A DNA stretch of 64,000 nucleotides from Phoronis australis. Taxonomy: Eukaryota; Animalia; Phoronida. The notes under the pieces were generated by a model. The model was not told the DNA's origin. It worked only from the letters and a program-made list of their open reading frames with translations, and ran no database searches. The position numbers and the translations under genes are program-made. Location: contig NMRA01000069.1 in assembly GCA_002633005.1 (NCBI GenBank), forward strand, positions 220,203 through 284,202, given 5' to 3'. Below, one piece after another: positions 51,042 to 63,011 of this stretch; position 1 is the first letter of the stretch; every line of letters starts with the position of its first letter.

Positions 51042-54000
51042 CCAATAAGGTTGTGTTTTCACGATAAACTTGAAAAAACATTTGGTTTCAAGAAGTGGAA
51101 AATGGTGTTTCAATGACTGTGACATTTAATGAAGGGTTGCGACCAGTTTACCTTGTAATAATCAATTGCGACGAGATCTGGACTCATAAAGCTTGTCAGA
51201 TTTAGACACTACTCTAAAAGACGTAATTAATAATTCCACGAAAATGTAATACCGCGTTATTGATTTTAAACGCTTCGAATGTGACAGTTTAATAATTAAT
51301 CCACGGCAGAAATCTGAGCGTTTCATACATAGCCTATTTGCATTACACGTGGCCACAAGGATTGTAACTAAACTGGGTTCTGACTACTGAGCAAACATTT
51401 TGATATTAAACAGAATTGACAAATCAACTTTTAAATCAAAGTGTAATGAATACACGATCCTTACATTTGACCAACAAATTCGGTGACCACTGCACGTCAG
51501 CGCGTATTTTCGGTATACGCTTTTCTCAGCAAAATTAATATCCTGTCAAAAGTACATGTACTCGTTATCTATTGACACCAACGCAAACGTCAATAGGTTC
51601 GTGACGAGTGGGTCATTTTTCTTAATTTTGTTGTCTACATATATGTTTAACAATGGCCCCCGAACTGTCACTTTCAACTTTCAACTGGTCGAAAGTACTC
51701 ACAGTCTACTGAGAAAATTAGAACCACTTTGGCAATACTCGTAATCACGTGATCAAGTAATGAAAAGCCTTTAAGAAATAAAATTGCAATCGTTCGCTGG
51801 CATTATAGACATTTAGATGTTATTAAGATGTGAAGAGCAAATGCACATTAAACATGTTATTGAAAGCGTGGAATGAAAGTCCGAGAGATTACAATACACA
51901 TGAGCCACAAAATAACGGCAGCAAATGCCGGAATATTTACGCACAAGATTAGGCCCCCTCGGAGCTTAGAAAGGGGCGGAATGTAATATATCAAATTACC
52001 CTGGGGACAGCGGACGCTCTTCCGGAAGCCGTAAAACTTTCCCACGAGAAGATTTGAATTGTTATTGTTAAATGATGAAAATAAAAATGCTAATGATGTA
52101 TTTACCTGAAAGCATTCTTAGGACTCGTGAAAGTCGAAGTCGAAAATATCATACGTAAATCTTATTCAATTCAATGCACTTACATTTCACACTGACGATC
52201 AAACTTAGCAGCAACTGATTTTAAAATGGCAACCGACAAATAATGTTGTTCACTAGCCTACTACTAGGGGGGGCTGCGAAGCTGCCTTTGTCTTTTAAGA
52301 CAAAGGCAGCTGTGTCAGAAGTTAAAACTTCTGACACAGATCCAATATTGTATCTTCCGATGCGGCCACGCACCCAAATATTATTCTTTGTACGAAGGTT
52401 TTGGAGGTTTATCAAACACGATTTCCAAGCAAGGTACCACATCAGTTCGTTAAGATCATTTCAAAACCAGCAGCGTCTGTGTACTCCCACTGTGCTCGTA
52501 CTAGTTAACGCTCGGCGTACCGCCTACCCCAAACATTTACAAATTTACACTTCTAAGTGGCCATGCTCAGCTAACTACCCTCCCCCAAATTATTCAATCA
52601 AAACAACCTTAAGGGTGCCGTGTGTTTGTGAAAGCCTGTTTAATGAGAAGTTCGCATCGGGTATGTTAAAAATACACTACATGTTACTCATGGGTGCCGG
52701 AACAGGTACGGCCGGTCTGATGGACACAGAACCAACATTGTCCATAAAATAAGTCAAAAAGGCGTTTCGAGGCATCTACAATGCATCAAATGAGCCTTGA
52801 ATTCTAAAAATTTGAAGCTCCCAGACTTCCTACGGGGGAGTACCCCTCCAGTATCATAGTTATAGCCGACTTAGACGCTCGTCCATTTGGCGAAACAATG
52901 TTCTCGACGCTACTGGTACTGGACGTGATTACTCCATTCTAGACGGTATGTTAGTACATTGTCCGCATTCTTACGATTTTAATATTTGACTCCAACACGT
53001 GAGGTCCTAAGTTACCCGACTGATCGTTCAGGTAAACGCTTATCCGCAACCCACCTTGGGCTTAATGCCCGCCACCTCATTTTTTAGTTTTCCAGTTCAA
53101 GCGCCCTGGGCGTTAACCCGCATGACTTAGGAAACACCACACACCAAGAAACTTGCAACTTCTACGAGTCGGCATAATGCGTGCCAAATGGTGTTTACCT
53201 GGAAAATCTTTTTCCAGGACTACTAGAGGCCTTATGTTCTGCTGGGGGTGGGTCTACTGCACTATATTTTGGACGCTGCGTGCAACTGGAAATTGGGACA
53301 CGCACTCATTTGAAGAGTGGACAAGAAAATGGAACCCATTTGTAGGAAACTTCTATGGCTACGAAAAAATCACCCATACGAAGTTTTGTTCCAATAACAC
53401 CACCCTTTGTAGAGTTTGATTTCATAAACCTAGCATTTTCGTGTGTATTCGTGGACAGGCGTTTTTTTAACCAAAAAGCTTGAATCTGCAAGAAAAATTT
53501 TGCACTTTTGCAAATGAAATTTGTGAGTTGTGAAACTGAACCTTTTAAAAGATGTCTTAAGTTAAAACTGCCTTAGTGAACACTGATAAGGAATTAAATC
53601 GGAAACTGGTCGTGAAAAAGTCACCGATATCATCGGCACGTCTCGTACTTCTTTTCTACGGGAGTCTCCCCTTTCTCGATTCTTCCAACTTATGAGTCAG
53701 CTCGTGAAAAAATGCACCATGATAAAAAACGCTGTTAATGAAGACGCCGGCGTCGTCCGTGAGGACTGGAATATTGCCTATCTGCTGTAGAAAAGACGAG
53801 TTATGGCAGTTATCATTTTGGGTCATGCGGTAAATTAATTGATTTCCAATTAAGATCGCTAAAGGGTTGTTCAGATTAACTCCACTATGCAATCTCTGAT
53901 TGTAGTAAATGTGGTTACGTTCATAGTGAAATTGACTTTGTGTCATTCATCCGCCCCAGGTCTCCCAACTGTAAGCCCTCTTAGGAAAAGTTTTATTTCA

Positions 54001-54723
54001 CGCAGACAAAAGCCCGGGAAACGAACACTAGATACAGTACAAGCGAGATGTGGGAATTCAAACGCGCAGAAAACAAAATCAGAACTGCAATCGGCGGCAA
54101 ACTGTGTTGACGAGAAAAGGGCGATGATGTCTACAGCGTCAACGCCTATATAGATTGTTCAAGCAAACATGTTTCTGCAGAAACTATAAGGTTTCCTGCT
54201 ATCAAATGCGCTCTTTTGGACTAGAAGATGTACAATGATAGCCCATTCTACGCACATAGCAAGCCTTGGGGTATTGAAGCTAAAGTGGCACTGTTTCTCT
54301 CTTCCGCAAAGGTCCTAACTTGATGTTCAAGTCCCAGCGATGTCTGCTTTTCCGTGACAAAACTAAAAGATATTCTAAGGCACCGTGAGGGCTTCGCTAG
54401 ACTAGTGCTCACCAATCCCTTAGTCGATGACACCATGTCTAGTCGCTTACTGTCTAAATGCAAGTTGTGGAAGCTGCGCATTACTAGGCATGGGCGCAGT
54501 TCTGACACCGGGTGGAATAGGTGACTTCATTTTGTGGTAAGGCGTTAGCATAGACATCGCCACACAAATTCAAATTCCGCGTCCGGAAGTTGCGTTAACT
54601 ACCTAGATTTTCTTTATCATAAAAACGCTGCTTCAAAACTTCGCCGGTATCCTACTCAACTTTCCATCTCTCTGAGACGGCCTGTGTGTTTAGCAGGTAA
54701 ATTAACAATTCACAGTGACTTAC

Positions 54724-54784
54724 CTGCTCCTACCAGCGTGAGGACTGAAAAACAAATGACAAAAATCGTCAACACTTTCTTCAT
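54724..54784 (-). CDS. Probable first coding exon (signal peptide) of the kringle-nAChR gene
   Basis: acaATG AAG AAA GTG TTG ACG ATT TTT GTC ATT TGT TTT TCA GTC CTC ACG CTG GTA GGA GCA G|GTAAGT = MKKVLTIFVICFSVLTLVGA: basic n-region, hydrophobic h-region, V-G-A cleavage pattern, consensus phase-1 donor compatible with the K1 acceptor. Linkage across ~34 kb is inferred. Confidence 0.6.
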
Positions 54785-56021
54785 TGTTCCTGCAGTGCAG
54801 TGGACATCAGGGCGGAATAAACGCATCTCGGGTCTTTTTTTACCTTCATGGGAACACCTTTGCTGAAAATCTTTATTGACTGCAGCATGTGAACAGTTCA
54901 TTGAACAGTTTCATGTCTTCAAATGCTCCATCGAAGAGTTGAAACGAATTCTCGGTTGCTACTCCGCTTTTAAGAAAGCAAAAATGGCGAATCAAAAATT
55001 GTCAAATTCTTGTCAGTCACGGTTGTCAACGACAGAGGTTATTTTAACTGACAACGCTTCCTCGTGCGGATGGTGCAATCGCATTGTCATGAAAAATTGC
55101 GAGCAGCTTCAACAAAACTAGCGCTGTCCTAATCAGCCGATCGATCCACAATAGTTCGTGTTTTAATTTAGAAGTAGAGATCGTAGTCTAATCTGCATAT
55201 ACAGTAGTTGCTCGGAGGACGTCTTATACCAGTCATACAATCCGAACCATTTCGAATGCGAATTCGGCTTTTTTCGTACCAAGGCTTGTTTATCGCTTCA
55301 CTTCAATCTGCTTTGTTATTGGTAGATATGCTCACATGCGCGCCGCAGTCGTCGAGTAATAAAACTGCGAAATAAATTCCATCCGACTGCCTTAAATATG
55401 TCTTTTATCGACCTCGTACGCACATAATCCCAAGAGCATTCTTCTGTGGTCCTCTGCACCGATCAACAATTGGACGTCAGTAATTTCACTTTTCAACACT
55501 TGATCGAACTATTTTCCTTTGGTATCCGATTAATTGTTCCTCAGTACGGCACATATTTGTCCTGCCTATACAAAGTCCAATTCGCAAAACACTCCAATGT
55601 TAGTGTACTAAATAACAGCTACAAACGATGCACGCTCATTTATGTTGAATAGCATTGAAAACATTACCGCACCGTCTCGTATAGGACAAGTATTCGTACA
55701 TGTCTAATGTTAACGCTGCCTGTAATATTTATGCCATCTAACAATAACAAATAAGGCGTTCTCGCTTTCAAAGCAGACAAAACTGACACCTGGTGTTCAA
55801 GTGGCTGTTCGTCAGTGTTTTGAAACCAAGAAAACTCTAATTGAAACAAAATCTGAAATCAAAGATCCGTTCAAGTTTTTCGAGAATCATTGCAAAATTG
55901 GTTTCAAAACAATCGTATCAAAGCTTGTCTTCATAACATAAATGACGTTCCTACAAGTGGGTTCTCCAGAAAATTTTATTGAAGGCACGATAGAGTGATT
56001 TATAAGGGAGTGATAGTTTAC

Positions 56022-57356
56022 AACGCCATCTATTGGTGATCACAGGCTTTAAGCAATGAGATAAATCTTAAGCACCAATTTATGTCAGTTCATACCATTA
56101 AACTTCCCATACATGTAACGCACAAGTTTTAGCTAGTGTAGTGAATGCGGTCTTCAGGGGCGGATCCAGAATTTTTATTTAGGGGGGAGCCAGGTCAGAG
56201 TATTAGCCAGGAATTTTGCCCGTCAGACAACCTCACCCCCGAACGGCCAGATGGAATCTGGGAGAGTTTTAGGGGAGGCATGGTCCCCTTGGCCCCATCT
56301 AAATCCGCCAATGGTCTTTCTTCACTTGACCACTGAGGCTCCATCATACCTTGTCACCTAGGCTTATATCAGCAACAGATAGTTCCGACACGTCAATCAG
56401 AATTCCAACCAATCAGGGCGCTGGAACATGTAAACACATCAACAGTTCGCCATTCTTGTCCCATAAACACTGGTTGCAAACGAAAACGTTTCGCTATGTG
56501 TTTGGCTACATGCGATGCAGATGAAGGTTCCTGTCGCTGATAAAAGCATAATATGCCGTGGCTACATTGCCAGCATCGTTAAATCTTGCTTTATAGCACA
56601 GCATATCACAATCGTGAAGTATCCAAAAAACGAGAAAATAGAAGAGAAGTGAGTTCAATTGAAAACGTTGATTTCAATTTTCGGGCCATTATGTCTTAGA
56701 GCACCGTGAATAGTTTTGTCCCAAAACAGCTTATTTTGGTCCAAAAAGGTTAAGTTCGTGAATTAGTTTAAACCGGCTTAAAATAACGGGAACGAAAAAG
56801 TTCATTTTGTTTGTGCTGACACTGGATCTCTATCAGAAGACAGTCTATGCATTTTCAAAAGGATTTTCTTTAACCTTAATTGGAGTGCCAAGATTCGGTA
56901 ATTTTTCCGTTTTGTGTACTTGATTTTTAGCCATTCTGAGGTGCGCGGAAGGACAGTTTGAAATGCAGATGATTTCAAATATTATTTTCCCTCTGTTTAC
57001 TGTCTGACTATAACTTGAAAATAAAAGAATTAAAAAATGGTGTTTTTTTTGGTTTCCAAGCAACAGCCGATAGACAGGGCATATATTACAGTCCTTGAAT
57101 ACAGGCAGTATGCAGATGTATCTCGCAATCCCCATAAAGGGTCTTCATTGATTTTTTGCAGATATGTTTTCATAGGGATGAAATCGGTCGACGTCAATTT
57201 TTAGATAATTCTGCTACTGCTGGCCCCCTGGTGGTAGTTTATACAACGAGTTTTTTCTGCTGAAATTTCGTATAAAATTTAGCCATAATGTTTCTTTCCA
57301 GAAAACGTGGCAGATGCATGTTTTCTAGTGACTTTAACCTGTGCTGCCCCCCAGTG
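56022..57356 (-). promoter_or_regulatory. Three co-oriented CTCF-like motifs between the divergent genes
   Basis: Minus-strand CCAATAGATGGCGTT (56036-56022), CCACCAGGGGGCCAG (57234-57220), CACTGGGGGGCAGC (~57356-57343) resemble the CTCF core CCA(C/G)(C/T)AG(A/G)(G/T)GGC(G/A)C. Confidence 0.3.
56155..56313. mobile_element. ~160-bp MITE with 5-bp target-site duplication
   Basis: TIR CAGGGGCGGATCCAGA / TCTAAATCCGCCAATG; GTCTT flanks both sides (56150-56154 and 56314-56318). Confidence 0.65.
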
Positions 57357-60300
57357 ACAGTTTTAACATTTTGGAAACCGTTCAAATGTCTAACCTGTAC
57401 GATAGACATTTACTAGATTTTTGGAGTATTAATTTGTACACCTAAATTGCTCATTATGACCCATTGTTTCAATATTTCAAGAGCAGGCAAAATTGTTTTT
57501 AAAGTTGATTTTTGTGAAGTTTATGAAATGTTGTCACATGACACTTTTTCATACAAGTGGTGTTGTTCATTTTTTTAAGTTGTTTTGGTAACGAATTGTG
57601 TTTTTTTAGAAGAGTCTGGGTAAAACGTGCACCAACACAACTCTGCGGTTTGATAAAGACAGATGCTTGCGATACAGTTCCATTAAATACCGATGGTGAC
57701 GTGCCTATCGCACCGGCTGCTGACGTCACATTAAACAACCAAAATTCATTACTTTGGACAAATACTGATAGTAATTATCAATTATCACCACACGCACGTA
57801 TGTTGAAGTGGTTGCGAAAAATAACTAAGTCAAAAGTGGAGGTGCTTCCGTACACGTAGTTATTCTCAACCCAATGCAATGCAATTGTGGTTATAATGCT
57901 TGCAGTTAGAGAAAGAATGGGACACTCTTTCGGCTTCATTTTCATAAAAATCAAGAAAAAATCATTTAATGCAAACCAGCTTCATTAAAACGTATTCTCA
58001 AAATATGCCCTTTCAACACGACATCATTTTTTCAAAAGTAGATGTACAAATTTTTGTAATCCTGTGCTACACTTGACTCAGCAGTTTGATTGTTTTCCTG
58101 AAACACCATGGAAATGCCTTGACGCATGGTACGTGTGTTTACACATTTTTTAGTGTACCTTTTCATAATCAGATTAAAGATTGACAATTGCTACTCGTTT
58201 TGATAGTACTTTAGGTCCAGCAGTCAAGGATTTTTACTCTGGTACCCACGGCAGTTGCACAATCTACCAAGAGTACCAGAAGCGTGCCTCGGCTTGTGAT
58301 TGACTAATGCCGTTCAAACGCACTCTAATACTTAACGTATGTGACAATTTAATCCAGATGAACTTCGGGGTTTTTTCGAAAATGTACAATTTAAATCTTA
58401 ATCTTGAATAATGATCTAGAAATAATTCAATTAGTGACAGAAGGAAAAGTAAATTGTCAAGTGAAAGTACTCGCAAAATGTTCTCCTAATAGCTTGTCGG
58501 ACCCTCGCGTTCAATTGTTAGCTCACTGAATTTTTAAATATCCACAATTTTGTCGACTGTGTTGTGTTGACCTGCATGCATTCTAGACGTACAAGTAATA
58601 TAAGAATATTTTTTTCTATAAGTTTCCACAAAACGCGTTTAGGTCAACTTTCAACATGAAGTAATAATGAATTAAATAAAACGTCCTTTCAAAAAAGTTA
58701 AACAAAATGAATTCCCGCTTGATATGATATTTTCACAACTCCATAACCAATTTTATTGATTTAAATACTAAACAATATCTTGAATAATTCATCGTGAAAA
58801 CTGATGTGAAAATTCTGGGTTTCAGTTCGTTTCCGGCAAATTTCGTCAAATATTCAAATTTTCGCAAAGAGAATTACTAAAGACACAGCGACGGTTGCCA
58901 CGAACTCGTCAGGTAAGCGCTTCTCTAGTACCTGAAAAGGAGGCTCTGTAGAACTGTCTACCATGAAACAGGAGGTGTTGCCTGAATATACACATACTGC
59001 CAATCAACATTTAGGGCTGTTTTAAAGACAGTAATATTCCAATGAATTTTGTAATTAGTAACCAGGTAGACGATACCGCCCAACTTGCTGAATCGCTTTA
59101 CATTGGTAGGTCCTGGATAGTCTTTCAAAGATTGCATCTGCTCAACGATGAGCACCCATTGCCTAAGTAATTAAAACACTTGACATGGTAACGAAACCTT
59201 CGACTATTCATCTGGGGCAATACAGAAATGTACTGCCACCCAGAGATAGAAACATTGACCTTTAGGAATAATGGTTGATGACATGTGCTATCAGATTCCT
59301 TGCTTCCGACGGACGTATCACTCATTTTGAGTCACACTGTTATTTGAGTCACATGACCTTGATGTTTACTGTTTTCCGAAAGAAAACCGAAAATTGAACG
59401 ATTCAGTGAAATGTGTTTTGGTCACGATAAGCTGGCGTGCCATTCTATTTTACTATTGTTCTTAGACATACGTGTACTTGAAACTTTAAAAAATTCATTT
59501 TTGTTAATAATTTGCGACCCAGGGCAAAACGCCTACCCTTGGGCGTTTTACAACAAAGCAGAGGGTGTTTTGCCTCAAGCAAGGGTCAAAACGTTCTGAT
59601 TTGTTAATTAAGTCGTTAGTTCCCAGTGATGAGCAACGCTTGTGCAAATTAGTTCAAGACACTGGAAGAGATTCGTTACTCATGTTTTTCTATTCTGAAA
59701 GTTCAGGCGGGAAAGGAAATTATGGATTTTCTCGCTCAGCTAGTGCGTCGTGCCCTATCCTATTGTATGAACGGCATGTCCTAAGAATCGAGATACAAAC
59801 TCGAGTAAAATCTCGAGATTTCATGCAAAATCTCGTAATTTCGAGTCCAGGCTCGAATCCATAGTTACAATACTGGAACCGTCAAGCTGTAAATTTGGAT
59901 TATCGTGCCAACTCTGTCAAAGTTTGGGAATCCCGAGTAACTAAATCAAACGTATTCCATCTATCCAAACATGGTAGCCGAGTACGAAAATTATTTTTCT
60001 TAGCTTTCAACAGATGTAACTGACAGTTCGTTACTTTTTACCAAGCCCGAGAGACACGCGTGCACTGCAAAACAGTCGCAAAACAAGAATTATAAAGTAC
60101 CAATAACAAACAATGAAGAAACTGTCATTCTTTAAGAAGCGGAAGTCTTAATTGTTGACAGTGGAGCTCTCGGGCTAAAAGCCCGTCAAAGAAAATTTCG
60201 GATACGGTCTGTACCTACAAGAGCAAAAAGTTTGAAAGTTTCGTGCGAACTTTTGTATTATCTAAAGGTCCACTTCCCGGCGAACGGTGAATCAATAAAT

Positions 60301-60444
60301 ATTCATGTGTCGAATTTGTTATATGTGGAATGTTCTTATTTGTCGGTAGTTTGACTCTTAGAAAAGAAAGCAGGCGTTCTGTTGGTCAAAAGATCAAGTT
60401 GTCATATTTTACTTACAGCACTCGAAAACATGTTCAGATTCGAT

Positions 60445-60473
60445 ACGCGCGCGCGCGCGCGCGTGTGTGTGTG
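60445..60473. repeat. (CG)n(TG)n alternating purine-pyrimidine tract
   Basis: ACGCGC...GCGTGTGTGTGTG upstream of the ABHD17 coding exon. Confidence 0.9.
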
Positions 60474-60986
60474 ATTTCATATAAATGAGTAATGTGCCTG
60501 TGTAGGCGTGAAATTTGTGTATGATTATTTATGGTGTAAGTATCTAATTTGTTCCTGTAATATCTTGAAAGTCTAGTACATGTAGGTGTGTGGGTACTTA
60601 TCTTATTTAGAGAATGTGCAAACGTAAACAGTGACTTTACCGTGATTGTATTGTAAAATGAAGTCTTGAGTATACAATTGTGGTTGCGATATGTAAAATT
60701 TTTTAAAGATATTGTTAAGCAGGATCATATCAAAAGTGTCCTAGAGCAGAGGTATTTTGAAGAATTCGCGTATTGGATATGTGTGTGGTCAAAGTATAGT
60801 GTGAACTCAGCTCGGTTGATTATTTCGTTTCTGAAGGAATTGTTATTTGTTTGAACAAATTCCCATAATATTATGATACCAAATATTAAGTGAGATTTGA
60901 TGTGTATGCATTTTCCATCCCTCTGAAGAACTGGAAGTCTTTTTAAATACTTCAGCTTTCATACTTGACACATCATTTCGTTTCAG

Positions 60987-61236
60987 GGAAAATACTGCTC
61001 GCCTCTGGCGGGATCTAGATTCCTCCTAGTTTATCTTGTAAGCACTAGACGGCGCTATAACCGGTCTCGTTTTCATGACAATGACGTCACGAGAAATGGA
61101 AAAAGGGAAGTAGATTCGATATATTTGTCATTTCACAAATCGCAATTATTTTTGGTTTGCGGTCCATCAAATTTTATAACAGAGTGGTCACAAGTCATAT
61201 ACTGTTACCGGAATAGGCACAGAAACCAAACCAAAG
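60987..61236 (+). other. Probable 5' UTR portion of the ABHD17 coding exon, with a 12-codon uORF (61075-61113)
   Basis: Acceptor catttcgtttcag|G at 60986/60987; ATG ACA ATG ACG TCA CGA GAA ATG GAA AAA GGG AAG TAG. A possible upstream donor is CAG|GTAAGC at 58912/58913. Confidence 0.45.
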
Positions 61237-61883
61237 ATGAATGGTCTTAGTTTTAGCGAATTATGCTGTTTGTTCTGTTGTCCACCTTGTCCGTCGAAAA
61301 TTGCAGCGAAGCTGGCATTTTTGCCTCCCGAACCTACTTACTCTATTTCAACAGACGACACAGGATCGAAATATAATTTACATCTTACTGATAGGGCGGA
61401 ATGGCAGTACACTCAGAAAGAACTAGACTGCATCGAAGTATTCCAAACGCGCAGCAACCGTGGAAACCGAATTTCTTGTATGTTCGTTCGCTGCAGTCCG
61501 AACGCCAAATTCACCATATTGTTTAGCCATGGAAATGCTGTCGATCTTGGACAAATGAGCAGTTTCTACATCGGTCTGGGATCTCGCTTAAACTGCAACA
61601 TATTTAGCTACGACTACTCAGGCTATGGAACCAGTACAGGAAAAGCATCGGAAAAGAATCTGTACTCTGACATTGATGCTGCCTGGCAAGCACTGAGAAA
61701 CCGTTACGGTATTACTCCGGACCATGTCATTGTGTACGGGCAAAGCATAGGAACAGTCCCCACAGTAGATCTAGCCTCAAAGTATGAAGTAGGCGCGGTC
61801 ATCTTACATTCCCCATTGACGTCTGGAATGAGAGTGGCATTCCCTGATACTAAAAGAACCTGGTTCTTTGATGCATTTCCCAG
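61237..61883 (+). CDS. ABHD17: ABHD17 (FAM108) alpha/beta-hydrolase protein depalmitoylase, first coding exon (partial)
   Basis: [36 protein letters not shown]-terminal Cys cluster, [20 protein letters not shown], nucleophile elbow [22 protein letters not shown]; donor CCCAG|GTAAAG at 61883/61884. Exons with the catalytic Asp/His were not found in the window. Confidence 0.96.
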
Positions 61884-62917
61884 GTAAAGCTTGAACGGTT
61901 TTGTACTTTTTTCATTAATTATTTGCGAGTTGGATGCCTTATTCTCAAAAACATTTCAAAACATTTTGGAGCAATATTTCTTTCTGTATGTAGCAGCACT
62001 GTTCCAAATGGAAATTCTCTTTTTTCGAAAAGGTGGTACTTATAGTTGAATATATTATAGACACTGATTTTGAAGTCTCAGACTCTTCTAACTTCTAGTT
62101 CTAACCTGATGCAGTCTATCCAAAGACGATACATTGGTCATCCATGGATTTTTGTCTAGTTTGTCATATTTAGTGTCGAACTGTCTGCTACTTGGTGCTG
62201 CTTGATCGAGTGGTGATGACAATCAAGTTTATGTCACTTTTAGCCTCAGTTGATTGATAGATGGTATATTTTTGTCAAAAATTCTTGATTGAAATTATGT
62301 ACAAGTGTGTTCTAAGCCATTTGTCTTGTCACTTTTACTAGGTTTAGTTTTAAATTCTACTGAGTCTATTTGAAGTTGGCGAAGTGAAATTCAAAGTGGT
62401 TATGTGAAGTTGTAAAATGTGGACTTTCAATAGTTATGTCAAAAACTGTATGTCTTGCAAAGCTAGCGACACAAGTGCTTGAGGGATTTTCCAGTTTGAG
62501 AATCTTTGTTGCATAGTATAAAAACGTATGCATGATTTGTAAATACTCTGTGAGCTGTAGTCTTGTCTGAAATTAGGGTGGTAGTCAAAACAATGGACAA
62601 ACATCTCTTGTGACATCAGTCTTTCCTTTGGCTGAGTCATTGGCTTGAGCCAAGAGGTCAGAGTTCACCTGTGACCCCACTGTGTTTGCATTGTGGCCTG
62701 ACCTTCCTAAATACAAACAAAATAAATTCTGTCAACAGTAGTATTCAACACCCAGGTCTTTGTTTAATTGGAGGAGTTCAAATATAAATCTGAATGCCTG
62801 CTTACTCTGTTCATTAGTAAGTGCCATTGTGTAAGATTTGTCGATTTGATTCAATGTTTGCCTAATTATTGCTAGATAAGCTAACCAGAAGCTACTTTAT
62901 GGAAATTACCTTCAAGT

Positions 62918-63011
62918 TGTTTACCTGAGATTTGTACCAGATGGCCTAACAAAATCTGAGGTGGTGTTTACCTGAGATTTGTGCCAGATGGCCTAACGAA
63001 ATCTGAGGTGG
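62918..63011. repeat. Tandem duplication, 2 x 47 bp
   Basis: TGTTTACCTGAGATTTGT(A/G)CCAGATGGCCTAAC(A/G)AAATCTGAGGTGG twice. Confidence 0.9.

Noticed and set aside
52243-52752. 169-aa plus-strand ORF
   Set aside because: No motif, random-looking composition, antisense within the inferred first intron.
61237-61883. Ancient synteny with human ABHD17C and CHRNA5-A3-B4 on 15q25
   Set aside because: Those genes are not adjacent in human and belong to a different nAChR subgroup; cannot be supported from this window.
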